A DNA stretch of 64,000 nucleotides from positions 384,001-448,000 of the forward strand of contig JBMOMC010000001.1 in the NCBI GenBank assembly GCA_049325335.1, given 5' to 3'. Below, piece after piece: positions 29,529-40,478 of this stretch (its first letter is position 1; each line of letters begins with the position of its first letter). The position numbers and the translations under genes are program-made. The notes under the pieces were generated by a model that was not told where the DNA came from, did no database searches, and worked only from the letters and a program-made list of their open reading frames with translations. The DNA comes from Nitrospirota bacterium. GTDB lineage: Bacteria > Nitrospirota > Nitrospiria > 2-01-FULL-66-17.

Positions 29529-30367
29529 TCGCGACGCCCGCCGTGCTCCGCGAGTTCGTTGAGCGAGCCTTAGCCGAGGACATCGGCCGGGGAGACGCCA
29601 CGACACGGGCGTTGTTCACCGACCCCGTCCCCGCGATCGGCCGGATCAGCGCCAAGAACCAGACCGTGGTCGCCGGCGGGACGGTCGCGGCGCTCGTGTT
29701 TCAGACGTTGGATCAACACGCCGTAATCGAGCACCGTATCGAGGACGGCCGGATGGTCCTGGCGGGCGATCCGGTGCTGACGGTCCGCGCAGATGGCCGC
29801 GCGCTATTGACCGGCGAGCGCGTGGCGCTCAATATCCTCCAGCGCCTCTGCGGGGTCGCGACCGTGACCCGATCTTACGTGGATGCCGTCCGAGGCTATA
29901 CGACCAAGGTCGCCGACACCAGGAAGTGTCCGGCTGGATGGCGCGTCCTGGACAAATACGCGGTCCGATGCGGGGGCGGAGTCAATCACCGCTTCGGACT
30001 CGACGACGGCATCCTGATCAAGGACACCCACCTGGCCCTCGCCGGCGGCATCCCGGCCGCGGTCCGGCGCGCCCGTGCCGAAGGTCGGCACGGTCTAAAG
30101 ATCGAGGTCGAAGTGCAAACCCTGGACGAGGTCTCCGAGGCATTGGACGCCGGAGCCGATGTCATTCTATTGGACAACATGGCGCTGGCGGACATCCGCG
30201 CGGCCGTCGCGCTCATCAAAGGCCGCGCGCTCGTGGAAGTCTCCGGCGGCATCACCCTGGCCGCGGTCCGCGACATCGCGGCGTCGGGCGTCGACCTTGT
30301 GTCGGTCGGCGCGCTCACCCACTCGTCGCCGGCCGCTGATCTGCACATGGACGTATGGCCGGCTTGA
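29525..30367 (+). CDS. nadC: Nicotinate-nucleotide diphosphorylase (carboxylating)
   Basis: ALAEDIGRGD, ERVALN, DTRK, NHRFGL, IEVEV, ILLDNM, VGALTHS. Confidence 0.96.
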   Translation: MIATPAVLREFVERALAEDIGRGDATTRALFTDPVPAIGRISAKNQTVVAGGTVAALVFQTLDQHAVIEHRIEDGRMVLAGDPVLTVRADGRALLTGERVALNILQRLCGVATVTRSYVDAVRGYTTKVADTRKCPAGWRVLDKYAVRCGGGVNHRFGLDDGILIKDTHLALAGGIPAAVRRARAEGRHGLKIEVEVQTLDEVSEALDAGADVILLDNMALADIRAAVALIKGRALVEVSGGITLAAVRDIAASGVDLVSVGALTHSSPAADLHMDVWPA

Positions 30368-31164
30368 ATCGTGACGCCATCCAACGCGGCCTCAACGACC
30401 CGGCCGCCTGGCATCTGCACGTCTTCGACGAAGTGCCCTCGACCAACACGCTCGCGCTGGACCTTGCCGCCCAAGACGCGCCCGAGTGGACGGCCCTGTT
30501 GGCTGATTCACAAACCAACGGACGCGGACGCGCGGGACGCGAGTGGCGTACCCCGCACGGCACCGCGTTGGCGATATCGATCATTGTGCGACCGCGCGTC
30601 GCCGCTGATGCGCGGCCGTGGGTCGGGCTGGCCGCCGCGTTGGCCACGCGGGACGCGATTGAACACGTAACGGGAATGTCCGGGCTGGTCAAATGGCCCA
30701 ACGACGTGTTGATCAGCGGACGCAAGGTCGCCGGCATCCTACTGGAGACGCGGCACGGCGCGGTCAGCGACGCAGCGAGCGCCGTGGTCATCGGCATTGG
30801 GGTCAACGTCAACAACCGGGCCGCGGCGTTTCCCGAATCGTTCCGCGATACCGCGACCTCCCTATTGGACGCGTCGGGGACCGTGACGGACCGACAGCGA
30901 TTGGCCGCGGCAATCCTCAATGAGGTGCACCAGGTGAGCGGCGAACTCCCTCACGGGATCGAGACCCTGAGGGCTCGCTGGCGGTCGGCCAGCGCCACGT
31001 TCGGCGCAATGGTTGCGGTGTCCACCCCCGGAGGCCTCGTCGAGGGCATCGACCACGGCCTCGATCCCCAGGGACGGCTGATCGTCCGAACGCGCGACGG
31101 GGAGCGCGCCATCCATACCGGAGAGGTGTTGTTGTGCCGAACTCTCGCTCCACAGACCACGTAA
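30355..31164 (+). CDS. birA: Biotin--[acetyl-CoA-carboxylase] ligase (no HTH)
   Basis: STN, QTNGRGRAGREW, KWPNDV, KVAGILLE, GIGVNV. Confidence 0.95.
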   Translation: MAGLNRDAIQRGLNDPAAWHLHVFDEVPSTNTLALDLAAQDAPEWTALLADSQTNGRGRAGREWRTPHGTALAISIIVRPRVAADARPWVGLAAALATRDAIEHVTGMSGLVKWPNDVLISGRKVAGILLETRHGAVSDAASAVVIGIGVNVNNRAAAFPESFRDTATSLLDASGTVTDRQRLAAAILNEVHQVSGELPHGIETLRARWRSASATFGAMVAVSTPGGLVEGIDHGLDPQGRLIVRTRDGERAIHTGEVLLCRTLAPQTT

Positions 31165-31982
31165 CGACCGCGGCGCGGCGCGGTCGGCGCGGCACACGGC
31201 CCGGGGCCGGCGCCCCCCTCCTGCTCGCCGTCGACATCGGAAACACCAATGTCGTAGTCGGCCTGTTCAGCGGACGGAGCCTCATCAGCCAGTGGCGCCT
31301 TGCCACCCACGGCGGACGCACCGCCGATGAATACGGGTTGACCCTTCGCGAACTGCTCCGCGACGCGGGACCCGCGCGTCCGTCCGAAGCCATCATTTCC
31401 AGCGTGGTCCCCAACCTCACCCCGGTGTTCTCGGAACTGCTTGATCGGTACTTCGGGGTGACCCCGACGGTGGTCGGACACACCGCGCCGCTCGGCCTGT
31501 CCATCGGGTACACCAACCCCGATGAAATCGGCGCCGACCGCCTCGTGAACGCTGCCGCGGCCTTCGACGCGTTCGGCGGCCCATTGATCATCGTGGATTT
31601 CGGCACCGCCACCACGTTCTGCGTCGTGTCGGCCGACGGCGCATATCTCGGCGGCGTGATTGCGCCGGGCGCCGCGATCTCCGCCGAGGCCCTGACCGCT
31701 CGCGCCGCCAAACTCTCCAAGGTTGAATGGGTGCTTCCTCCAACCGTAATCGGCCGCGACACCGCCAGCAGCATGCAAACCGGGATGATTCTGGGCCATG
31801 CGTGTTTGGTGGACGGCATCATCCGGCGGATCCAAAAAGAATTGGGAGCGCGATGCCGGGTCGTGGCCACCGGCGGCCTCACCCCGTTGATCGCCCCGGC
31901 CTCCGAGTGCATCGACACCGTCAAGCCTCATCTCACCCTCGAAGGCCTCGCGCTGTTGGCCGAACGACAACGATCCCCTTAA
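31134..31982 (+). CDS. coaX: Type III pantothenate kinase
   Basis: LAVDIGNTN, SSVVP, GADR, VDFGTATT, ATGG, LTLEGL; start uncertain. Confidence 0.94.
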   Translation: MPNSRSTDHVTTAARRGRRGTRPGAGAPLLLAVDIGNTNVVVGLFSGRSLISQWRLATHGGRTADEYGLTLRELLRDAGPARPSEAIISSVVPNLTPVFSELLDRYFGVTPTVVGHTAPLGLSIGYTNPDEIGADRLVNAAAAFDAFGGPLIIVDFGTATTFCVVSADGAYLGGVIAPGAAISAEALTARAAKLSKVEWVLPPTVIGRDTASSMQTGMILGHACLVDGIIRRIQKELGARCRVVATGGLTPLIAPASECIDTVKPHLTLEGLALLAERQRSP

Positions 31983-32066
31983 CGCATCCAGAGCGACCAC
32001 ACCGTCAACAACCCCGCGTTTGGACCATGCGGTACCATACCCGACCCGGTTGTTCTGCCTGAAAAC

Positions 32067-32096
32067 TTGACAACCTCACTTGTTGATTGCTACATT
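32067..32096 (+). promoter_or_regulatory. sigma70 promoter of hrcA operon
   Basis: TTGACA-18bp-TACATT immediately before CIRCE. Confidence 0.7.
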
Positions 32097-32101
32097 TCCT
32101 G

Positions 32102-32128
32102 TTAGCACTCTCGCTTAGTGAGTGCTAA
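32102..32128 (+). promoter_or_regulatory. CIRCE element (perfect)
   Basis: TTAGCACTC-TCGCTTAGT-GAGTGCTAA. Confidence 0.97.
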
Positions 32129-32163
32129 CTTACTCGGGCATCGCAGGCTCTAGAGCTGAACGA

Positions 32164-33228
32164 ATGGATCTTCCTTCTCGGGACCAAGAAATTCTCCGCG
32201 CAACCATCCTGTGTTACATCAGGACCGCCACGCCGGTGGGATCGCGCACCCTGACCAAAAATACGGAGCTGGGGTTGAGCCCTGCCACGATTCGCAATGT
32301 CATGGCGGACCTGGAGGAGCTGGGGTATTTGGCCCAGCCGCACACGTCGGCCGGGCGCATCCCCACGGAAAAAGCGTATCGCGTGTACGTCAACGACCTC
32401 TTAACCACGGGGCAAATCGATCCGCCGGACTCCCCACCCACGACGATCCACCTCGCCCTGGCCGACGACCTGAAAAACACGTTGCAAGAAACCTCGAAGC
32501 TGCTCTCCTTGTTGTCGCACTACACCGGCGTGGTGGCGCGACCCAAGTCCGTCACTCATCGCTTGAAACAAGTCGAGTTTTTCCGGCTGGGCGGTCCCCA
32601 GGTGTTAGCGGTCTTTCTCATGGGCGACGGCTTCGTGCACCACAAACGCATCGACCTGGACGCGGACCCCGCGCCCGAACAACTGCGCCGCATCGCGGAC
32701 GAATTGAACACGCGTTTTTCGGGTCAGGACCTGGCCGTGATCCGCGAGCGGCTCCTGGAAGAAATGCGGGGACAGAAACGCGACTACGACCGCCTCATGG
32801 AGCGCGTGCTCGCCGCGGCCCAGGGCACGTTCACGCAGCAGGCCGGCGAGGTGTACGTGGAGGGCGCGGGCAACATTCTCGGGCTCCCGGAATTCTCGGA
32901 CGTGGAGCGCATGAAAGCGCTGTTTAAGACGTTCGAAGAAACCTACATGATGAGTACGCTGATCGAAAAAAGCCTGAATACCGACGGCGTGCGCGTCTTT
33001 ATCGGGTCCGACAACGCGGCCCTGGGCGCCAACGACTTAAGCCTGGTAGTCGCGAGTTATCGGTGCGGCGAACACGCCTTCGGCACGCTGGGCGTGTTGG
33101 GCCCGATGCGCATGGAATACGAACGCGTGATCCCGCTGGTCAACCGGTTCGCGGCGTTACTGGGCGAGTGTTTGCAGGACCAGACCGGCGCCGACCCCGG
33201 ACACGGGGACACCGCCGGACAACGATGA
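32164..33228 (+). CDS. hrcA: Heat-inducible transcription repressor
   Basis: PVGSRTL, SPATIRNVMADLEELGYL.QPHTSAGRIPT, GVLGPMRMEY. Confidence 0.97.
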   Translation: MDLPSRDQEILRATILCYIRTATPVGSRTLTKNTELGLSPATIRNVMADLEELGYLAQPHTSAGRIPTEKAYRVYVNDLLTTGQIDPPDSPPTTIHLALADDLKNTLQETSKLLSLLSHYTGVVARPKSVTHRLKQVEFFRLGGPQVLAVFLMGDGFVHHKRIDLDADPAPEQLRRIADELNTRFSGQDLAVIRERLLEEMRGQKRDYDRLMERVLAAAQGTFTQQAGEVYVEGAGNILGLPEFSDVERMKALFKTFEETYMMSTLIEKSLNTDGVRVFIGSDNAALGANDLSLVVASYRCGEHAFGTLGVLGPMRMEYERVIPLVNRFAALLGECLQDQTGADPGHGDTAGQR

Positions 33229-33244
33229 TCACGTCAGGAGCGCC

Positions 33245-33802
33245 ATGGAACCGGAACAAGGAGAACGCATGACACCGGACGGCGCCGCGCCCGAGAGCGC
33301 CGCGGCCGAATCGCCGGAAACCGGCGGCGCGGACTGGGAGGCGCACCTCGCAGCCAAGGATCGCGAGTGCGCGGACGCCAAGGACCGGTATCTGCGGCTG
33401 TACGCGGAATTCGACAACTACAAACGGCGCGCGCAACGCGATCAACAGGATTACACCAAGTTCGCGGCCGAAAAGGTGCTCAAGGAGCTGCTCCCGATCG
33501 TCGACAACTTGGAACGGGCCGTTGCGCACGCGCGCGGCGCGCAAGCCGACGCCTCGATCGTGGACGGCCTGGCCTTGATCGTCCGGCAATTTCACGACGC
33601 GCTGCACAAGAACGGCTGCGAGCCCATTGACGCGGTCGGCAAACCGTTCGACCCCGCGTTCCACCAAGCGCTCGCGCAGATCGACGCCGCGGACCGCGAC
33701 CCGGACACGGTCGTGGAAGAAGCGCAACGCGGGTACCTGTTACACGGCCGGATTTTGCGCCCGTCCATGGTCACGGTCAGCAAAAAGCCCGACGCCACAT
33801 GA
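33245..33802 (+). CDS. grpE: Nucleotide exchange factor GrpE
   Basis: RLYAEFDNYKRR, LLPIVDNLERA, FDPAFHQA, GYLLHGRILRPSMV. Confidence 0.97.
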   Translation: MEPEQGERMTPDGAAPESAAAESPETGGADWEAHLAAKDRECADAKDRYLRLYAEFDNYKRRAQRDQQDYTKFAAEKVLKELLPIVDNLERAVAHARGAQADASIVDGLALIVRQFHDALHKNGCEPIDAVGKPFDPAFHQALAQIDAADRDPDTVVEEAQRGYLLHGRILRPSMVTVSKKPDAT

Positions 33803-33961
33803 TGTCGCACCGACTTGCGGGAGGCCACCAGGACGTGATAGAACCACGCGGTTTGCGCGCGATTTTCCGGAACGATCCACGCCGCGTCCGATCCGCCGTC
33901 CCCACGCGGGACGCCGCGTTCAGAACACGTATTGATCTCACGGAGAGTGAAAGGAGACTGT

Positions 33962-35884
33962 ATGGGTAAAGTCATCGGTATTGATCTCGGCACCACCAAT
34001 TCGTGCGTGGCCATTGTGTCCGGGGGCGACCCGGTCGTCATTGCCAACGCCGAAGGGAGTCGCACCACGCCGTCGGTGGTCGCCATTTCCGACAAGGGCG
34101 AGCGTTTGGTCGGGCAAATCGCCAAGCGGCAGGCCATCACCAACCCGGAACACACGATCTATTCGGTGAAACGGTTGATGGGTCGCAAGTTCGCGTCCGC
34201 GCAGGTTCGCGAGGCCATGAAGCGCCTGCCGTACAAGGTGGTCGACGCCAAAAACGGCGACGCCCACGTGGAGATCCGCGGCAAGTCGTACAGCCCGCCC
34301 GAAGTCTCGGCCATGATTCTGCAAAAAATGAAGCAGACCGCCGAGGACTATTTGGGAGAGCCGGTCACGGAAGCCGTGATCACGGTCCCCGCGTATTTCG
34401 ACGACAGCCAGCGCCAGGCCACCAAGGACGCGGGAGAGGTCGCGGGCTTGAAGGTGTTGCGCATCATCAACGAGCCCACCGCCGCGTCGCTCGCGTACGG
34501 GTTGGAGAAGAAGAAGGACGAAAAGATCGCGGTGTACGACCTGGGAGGGGGCACGTTCGACATCTCGATCCTTGAAATCGGGGACGGAGTGTTCGAAGTC
34601 AAATCCACCAACGGCGACACCTTTCTGGGCGGGGACGACTTCGACCTGCGCATCATGGATTGGCTGGTTGACGAGTTCAAACGCGATCAGGGCATCGACC
34701 TGCGCAAAGACAAGATGGCCTTGCAACGGCTCAAGGAGGCCGCGGAAAAGGCCAAGATCGAGTTGTCGGCGTCGCAGGAAACCGAGATCAACCTCCCGTT
34801 TATCACGGCCGACGCGAGCGGCCCCAAACACCTGGTCATGAAACTGAGCCGGGCGAAAATGGAGCAGTTGGTCGATGACCTGGTCCAACGCACGGTCGAG
34901 CCGTGCCGTCGCGCGTTGTCGGACGCGGGGTTGTCCGCCAAACAAATCGACGAGGTGGTGCTGGTGGGCGGCATGACCCGCATGCCCAAGGTCCAGCAGA
35001 TCGTCCGCGAGTTCTTCGGCAAGGAACCGCATAAGGGCGTGAACCCGGATGAAGTGGTGGCGATCGGCGCCGGCATCCAGGGCGCGGTGCTCAAGGGCGA
35101 AGTCAAAGACGTGTTGCTGTTGGACGTCACGCCCTTGTCGCTGGGCATCGAGACGTTGGGCGGCGTGTACACCAAATTGATCGACCGCAACACCACGATC
35201 CCGACCAAAAAGAGCCAGACGTTTTCGACCGCGGCCGACAACCAGAGCGCGGTGACCATCCGCGTGGGGCAAGGCGAACGCGAGATGTTCTCCGACAACA
35301 AACTGCTCGGACAGTTCGACCTGGTGGGGCTGCCGCTGGCGCCGCGCGGCGTGCCGCAAATCGAAGTCACGTTCGACATCGACGCCAACGGCATCGTCCA
35401 CGTCTCGGCCAAGGACCTGGGCACCAACAAGGAACAGTCCATCCGCATCACCGCGTCGTCAGGGCTCTCGAAGGACGAGATCGACAAGATGGTCAAGGAC
35501 GCCCAGTCGCACGCCGAGGAGGACAAAAAACGCAAGGAAGCGGTTGAGGCGCGCAACGAAGCCGACACCGCCATCTACAGCGTGGAAAAATCGCTGAACG
35601 AGTTCGGCGACAAACTCTCGGACAGCGACCGCAACGCGGTGACCGAAAAAATCGCGGAGACGAAGAAGGCGGTCGAAACCAATGATCCCGCCGCAATTCG
35701 GGCCGCGGTGAGCGCGCTCCAGACCGCCTCGCACAAATTAGCCGAGGAAATGTACAAGAAGACCGCGGCCTCCGGGGCGCAGCCGGGAGCCGGCCCCGCG
35801 GCTGGAGACGGCAGGGCCGAGCAACCCAAGGACGACAACGTGGTCGACGCGCAGTACGAAGAAGTCGACAAAGACAAGAAATAA
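33962..35884 (+). CDS. dnaK: Chaperone DnaK
   Basis: [38 protein letters not shown]. Confidence 0.99.
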   Translation: MGKVIGIDLGTTNSCVAIVSGGDPVVIANAEGSRTTPSVVAISDKGERLVGQIAKRQAITNPEHTIYSVKRLMGRKFASAQVREAMKRLPYKVVDAKNGDAHVEIRGKSYSPPEVSAMILQKMKQTAEDYLGEPVTEAVITVPAYFDDSQRQATKDAGEVAGLKVLRIINEPTAASLAYGLEKKKDEKIAVYDLGGGTFDISILEIGDGVFEVKSTNGDTFLGGDDFDLRIMDWLVDEFKRDQGIDLRKDKMALQRLKEAAEKAKIELSASQETEINLPFITADASGPKHLVMKLSRAKMEQLVDDLVQRTVEPCRRALSDAGLSAKQIDEVVLVGGMTRMPKVQQIVREFFGKEPHKGVNPDEVVAIGAGIQGAVLKGEVKDVLLLDVTPLSLGIETLGGVYTKLIDRNTTIPTKKSQTFSTAADNQSAVTIRVGQGEREMFSDNKLLGQFDLVGLPLAPRGVPQIEVTFDIDANGIVHVSAKDLGTNKEQSIRITASSGLSKDEIDKMVKDAQSHAEEDKKRKEAVEARNEADTAIYSVEKSLNEFGDKLSDSDRNAVTEKIAETKKAVETNDPAAIRAAVSALQTASHKLAEEMYKKTAASGAQPGAGPAAGDGRAEQPKDDNVVDAQYEEVDKDKK

Positions 35885-35898
35885 CCACCACTCACGCT

Positions 35899-35928
35899 GC
35901 GCCGGGCGTTCCCGCGAACGCCCGGCGC
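35899..35928. other. 13-bp GC stem-loop between dnaK and dnaJ
   Basis: GCGCCGGGCGTTC-ccgc-GAACGCCCGGCGC, no U-tract; probably mRNA-stabilising or attenuating. Confidence 0.6.
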
Positions 35929-35947
35929 TCGGCAGGACCCCGACCCC

Positions 35948-37072
35948 GTGGCCAAAACCCGCGACTATTACGAACTGCTCGGCGTGCCCCGCACCGCGAG
36001 CGAAGACGATCTCAAGAAGGCGTACCGCAAGCTCGCCATGAAGTACCACCCGGACCGCAATCCGGGCGACAAGGCGGCCGAAGCGCATTTTAAGGAAGTC
36101 AACGAAGCCTACAGCGTGTTGTCCGACGCGCACAAGCGGCAGACCTACGACCGCTACGGCCACGAGGCGTTTTCCGCGGGCGCGGGCGGCGGCGGATTCA
36201 CCGGCGGGTTCGACGCCAATGTCGGCGACATGTTCAACGACATCTTCGAGGACTTTTTCGGCGCGTCCACCGGACGCTCGCGCCGCCGTCGCGGGACCCA
36301 AGGCTCGGACCTCAAATACACGCTCGAAGTCTCGCTGGAAGACGTCCTGACCGGCAAGGAAGCCAAGATCAAAGTCCCCCATTGGGAAGACTGCTCCGCC
36401 TGCCGCGGCACCGGGGCGAAAAACGCCACCGCCATCGGGACCTGTCCGACGTGTAAGGGCGCGGGGCAACTGCGCTTCCAACAGGGGTTCTTTGCGGTCA
36501 GCCGCACGTGTTCGCAGTGCCACGGCCAAGGCAGGATCATTGCCGAAAAATGCCCGACGTGTCACGGCGAACGACGCGCGCAACACGACCGCGTGCTCTC
36601 GGTCTGGATTCCGGCCGGGGTCGAAGACGGCACCAATCTGCGATTGACCGGCAAGGGCGCGCCGGGCGAAGGCGGGGCCCCGCCCGGGGATCTGTACGTG
36701 GTCATCGTGGTCAAACCGCACCCCATCTTCACGCGCGACGGGGCAAATTTGATTTGTGAAGCTCCGGTCTCGTTCGCCAAAGCCGCGCTGGGGGGCAAAC
36801 TGGACGCCGCCACGTTGGAAGGCAAAACCGTCACCCTCAAGTTCCCGGCGGGCACGCCGCACGGCAAGGTCTTGACCTTTCGCGGACACGGCTTGCCCGA
36901 CATGCACGGCGGCGGACGCGGCGACCTGCTGGTCCGTATCCGCCTGGTGGTGCCGACGAAATTGACCGCCCGCCAACGAGAACTGGTCGAGGAACTGGCC
37001 AAACTGGACGGCGAGGACGTCAACGGGGAGCCCGTCGGAATCTTCGCCAAAGTCAAGAATCTATTCGACTAG
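35948..37072 (+). CDS. dnaJ: Chaperone DnaJ
   Basis: J-domain HPD, G/F region, four CxxCxGxG-type repeats. Confidence 0.98.
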   Translation: MAKTRDYYELLGVPRTASEDDLKKAYRKLAMKYHPDRNPGDKAAEAHFKEVNEAYSVLSDAHKRQTYDRYGHEAFSAGAGGGGFTGGFDANVGDMFNDIFEDFFGASTGRSRRRRGTQGSDLKYTLEVSLEDVLTGKEAKIKVPHWEDCSACRGTGAKNATAIGTCPTCKGAGQLRFQQGFFAVSRTCSQCHGQGRIIAEKCPTCHGERRAQHDRVLSVWIPAGVEDGTNLRLTGKGAPGEGGAPPGDLYVVIVVKPHPIFTRDGANLICEAPVSFAKAALGGKLDAATLEGKTVTLKFPAGTPHGKVLTFRGHGLPDMHGGGRGDLLVRIRLVVPTKLTARQRELVEELAKLDGEDVNGEPVGIFAKVKNLFD

Positions 37073-37229
37073 GCGTGTGCCCGTCTACCCGCGACAGCGG
37101 CGCCTGTTCAGGATGGGTCGGATGCAAGGCGGAGGAAGGTGTTGCGCCCGGAGCGTACTGGTTCGTACGTGAGGACACAACGCCTTCCGACAACGCCGCA
37201 GACGGCCCGTCATGGACAGGCGCATAGCC

Positions 37230-38006
37230 ATGCCGCACTTCTTCCTCGCCCCAGGGTCGATCCAGGGCGACGCGGTCACCATCACGGGCGCTCTGGCCCG
37301 TCACCTCGCGGGCGCCCTACGGTACCGGGAGGGGGACCGGATTACGGTGGTGTCGGACAACGGCCAACGGTTGCGGGTCGCGCTGGTGGAAACGGCCGCG
37401 CAGCGCGTCTGCGGACGCGTGGTCGAGCCGCTGACCGACGAGACGGCGCCCGGGCCTCGCGTCACCCTTGCCCATGCCGTGCTCAAAGGCGATCACATGG
37501 ACGCCGTCATCCAGAAGACCACGGAATTGGGCGTTCACCGACTCGTGCCGTTGATCACCCGCCGAACCGTGGTGCGCCCCAAACACGACCGATCAACGCG
37601 CCAGATCGAACGCTGGCGCGCCATCGCGCTGGAAGCCGCGCAGCAGTCCGAACGACTCACCATTCCGTTCGTGGATGACGTCGTGTCGCTGGCCGACTGG
37701 CTTGAATCCCGGTCCGGCGATCAGTCGATCCGTTGGCTGCTGGGCGAACGCGAAACCCGACGCTTTCTCCGATCCGAGTTATCAACCCGTCCCCCGGCCG
37801 ACGAGGTCTCGCTCGTGGTCGGTCCGGAAGGGGGGTTCGAGGAGGAGGAACTCGACCAGGCGCGCGCCGCCGGGTGCGTCGTGGTCTCGCTCGGCCGCGC
37901 GGTCCTTCGCGCGCAAACCGCGGGCGTGGCCGCGTTGACCATTCTCCACTACGCGTGGGGTGGGTTGGGCGGCCCCCAACCCGCATCAGATCCGAGACAT
38001 GTTTAG
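37230..38006 (+). CDS. rsmE: 16S rRNA (uracil1498-N3)-methyltransferase
   Basis: IQKTTELGV, EAAQQSER, VGPEGGF, SLGRAVLRAQTA. Confidence 0.93.
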   Translation: MPHFFLAPGSIQGDAVTITGALARHLAGALRYREGDRITVVSDNGQRLRVALVETAAQRVCGRVVEPLTDETAPGPRVTLAHAVLKGDHMDAVIQKTTELGVHRLVPLITRRTVVRPKHDRSTRQIERWRAIALEAAQQSERLTIPFVDDVVSLADWLESRSGDQSIRWLLGERETRRFLRSELSTRPPADEVSLVVGPEGGFEEEELDQARAAGCVVVSLGRAVLRAQTAGVAALTILHYAWGGLGGPQPASDPRHV

Positions 38007-39129
38007 CGAGGAGGCCATCGGTTCCGGTCCCGAGCCCCCCGCCACGCCCGCGGGCTCGCTCGATACCATCCGTCCCGCCGGCGTGTTCCGGCGGGCGATC
38101 GCCATGTTCGTTGATTGGGGAATCGTGTCCCTGCTCTACGGCGGATTCCTGGCGCTGGGCGTGTGGGGCGCGTCGTTGGGGGCGCGAGCATCCGGCGCGC
38201 GATTTTTCTCCACGGATCTTGCCGAGGCCTTGTCCGGCTCCTTCATGTTGTTATGGATCGGGCTCGCGTGGGTGTACATCGGCTGGTTCACACGCCACGG
38301 CGGGCAAACCCCTGGCAAAATGCTCTGCGGAATCCGCGTCGTTGGCATGGACGGACGTGAACCGTCATGGGAACAGGCGTTGGTTCGGCCCGCCGGCTAT
38401 CTGTTGTCCTGGTTACCGCTCGGGCTGGGGTTTGTCCCGGCGGCGTTCCCGCCGAGCAAACGCGCGCTGCACGATCGGTTGACCAGGACCCGGGTGATCC
38501 GTGCCACGGCCCGCGCGGCCCGCGCCGTGGCATGGGGAGCATCCGCGTGGGTGTTGACTGCGGCGTTCGCCACCACCGCGGTTCATGCGGTCGTGGTCGA
38601 ACGCATTCTCGCGTCCGTCAACGGTCGGCTGGTCACGCTCAGCGACGTCGCCGCGTATGACGAACTGTCCGGACAACCCGCGCGATCCGTCGACAACACC
38701 GTGCGCGACCTGGTGGATCGTCGCCTGCTGCTGGACGAAGCGGATCGCTTCGCGATTCCCCTGCCCGACGGGACCCAGATCGCCGCCAGGATCTCGGCCG
38801 TGGCCTTCGGACTCGGCGGGCCGGAAGGGTTGACCCGCGCGTTGGACCGGCTGGGGTGGGATCGCGACGACCTCAAAGCCTGGATCACCGACGAGTTGCG
38901 CGTCAGCGAATTTCTCGACCAGCGGATCTATTTTTTCGTGATGATCGCGCCCCAGGATGTTGACGCGTATATCGAGCGCCACCGCGAGGACTTCGCGGAC
39001 ATGCCGATCGAAGACGCCCGCGATCTGGCCGGAAAACGCTTGGTGCGCGAACGCGGGGACGCCAAGCGTGATCAGTTTCTGGCGGGATTGCGGGAGAAAG
39101 CGACCATCCGCATGAACCCGATCGAGTAA
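37999..39129 (+). CDS. RDD family domain fused to SurA N-terminal-like domain
   Basis: AGVFRRAIAMFVD, GQTPGKMLCGIRVV, RALHDRL (RDD); then VERILASVNGRLVTLSDV...LVDRRLLLDEA (SurA-N-like). Confidence 0.75.
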   Translation: MFSEEAIGSGPEPPATPAGSLDTIRPAGVFRRAIAMFVDWGIVSLLYGGFLALGVWGASLGARASGARFFSTDLAEALSGSFMLLWIGLAWVYIGWFTRHGGQTPGKMLCGIRVVGMDGREPSWEQALVRPAGYLLSWLPLGLGFVPAAFPPSKRALHDRLTRTRVIRATARAARAVAWGASAWVLTAAFATTAVHAVVVERILASVNGRLVTLSDVAAYDELSGQPARSVDNTVRDLVDRRLLLDEADRFAIPLPDGTQIAARISAVAFGLGGPEGLTRALDRLGWDRDDLKAWITDELRVSEFLDQRIYFFVMIAPQDVDAYIERHREDFADMPIEDARDLAGKRLVRERGDAKRDQFLAGLREKATIRMNPIE

Positions 39130-39155
39130 AGCCGACGATCGGTTGTCGCGTCGGT

Positions 39156-39950
39156 CTAAAACACCGACCAGGCGAGTTTCGCGCCCACCACATAGAGCAA
39201 TCCAGCAAACACGATCTTGAGTCGATCGGTCGGCATCCGATGCGCGAGTCCCGCCCCCAACGGCGCTGCAGCCACGCTCGCCGCGGCCACGCCGGCCAAC
39301 GCGGGCAGATGGACGAATCCCAGGCTCTGTGACGGCGCCCCGACAAGCCCGAGGCCGTTGACGATATACCCGACCGCGCCGGCCAGCGCGATCGGCAGGC
39401 CCGCCGCGGCCGCGGTCCCGATGGCGTGGGGAAAGGGGACGCGATGGCGCACGAGAAACGGGACGGACATGGTGCCGCCCCCGATCCCCACCACCCCCGA
39501 GACGCACCCGATGAGCCCGCCCACCGCCGCCAACACCCGCGCCGGAGGCAATGCCCGATCGGGTCCCGGCGACGCATCGCGCAGTAAACGCGTGGCCACC
39601 ACCCACAAGAATCCCGCAAACACCAGGGTGAGCGCGGCGAACGACGCGCGCGACGCGATCCACGCCCCGCCGAACGCGCCCACCGCCGACCCCGGCGCCA
39701 GCGCCCGCACGACCGGCCAACGCACCGCGCCGCGGCCGTGGTGCGCGGCCGCGCTCGCCGCCGCGGTCAACACAACGGCCGCCAACGACGTGCCCAAGGC
39801 CATCGGCATCACGAACCGTTCGCCGATCCCTTGCGCCTGAAACGCCACCGCCAGACAGGGAACCACGACCACGCCGCCGCCAACCCCCAACAGGCCGGCG
39901 AGCAGGCCCGCGCCCGCGCCGACCGCGGCGTAGATCACCAGCCATTCCAT
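39156..39950 (-). CDS. Sulfite exporter TauE/SafE family protein
   Basis: AGLLGVGGGVVVVP, ALGTSLA, SGVVGIGGG..SVP, AIGTAAA. Confidence 0.92.
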   Translation of the reverse strand: MEWLVIYAAVGAGAGLLAGLLGVGGGVVVVPCLAVAFQAQGIGERFVMPMALGTSLAAVVLTAAASAAAHHGRGAVRWPVVRALAPGSAVGAFGGAWIASRASFAALTLVFAGFLWVVATRLLRDASPGPDRALPPARVLAAVGGLIGCVSGVVGIGGGTMSVPFLVRHRVPFPHAIGTAAAAGLPIALAGAVGYIVNGLGLVGAPSQSLGFVHLPALAGVAAASVAAAPLGAGLAHRMPTDRLKIVFAGLLYVVGAKLAWSVF

Positions 39951-40098
39951 GACGGAATCTTACGCAAGGGCCGCAAACTCCGTCAATCGCGGGACGCGGC
40001 GCAACAGGACGGAGGGACGGGTCCCGCGTGACGCCGCCCTGGGCGGCGCGGTCTCCACGCGATGTTTCCCGAGTCGTTTCGCGCGTGTGACGCGCGGG

Positions 40099-40455
40099 TC
40101 AACGTCCTTCGCGCGTCCACACGCCGAAGGTCGCGCCCGTGGGATCCCTGATGACGCTATACCAACCGTATCCCGGGATTTCACACGGCCCCTTGAGAAC
40201 CCGCCCGCCAAGGGCTGCGACCCGATCCGTGGTCGCGCGCGCGTCGTCGACCGCAATGAACGGAATCCACTGCGACGGGGCGTCCGGAGACTTGGCCCGC
40301 ATCAGCCCTCCGCCGGTGCCGTCGCCCACGTTGATCATCGCGTAGTCCAGACCTGGTACGTCCTCGAATCGCCAGTGAAACAATGCGGCGTAAAATGTTT
40401 TCGCCTGCGACGGGTCTTGAGTTTGAAGCTCGATGTGAATAAATGGATTGGGCAC
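40099..40455 (-). CDS. VOC/glyoxalase family protein
   Basis: FIHIELQT.D...AK.FY..LF.W; DPTGATFGVW. Confidence 0.9.
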   Translation of the reverse strand: MPNPFIHIELQTQDPSQAKTFYAALFHWRFEDVPGLDYAMINVGDGTGGGLMRAKSPDAPSQWIPFIAVDDARATTDRVAALGGRVLKGPCEIPGYGWYSVIRDPTGATFGVWTREGR

Positions 40456-40478
40456 GGGTCTCCGATCAACCTCCGCCT

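Noticed and set aside
33938..35401. 487-aa antisense ORF over dnaK, and similar long antisense ORFs over dnaJ, recA, alaS, ctpA and the EAL gene
   Set aside because: Shadow frames expected from GC-rich codon bias opposite well-supported genes; no recognisable motifs.
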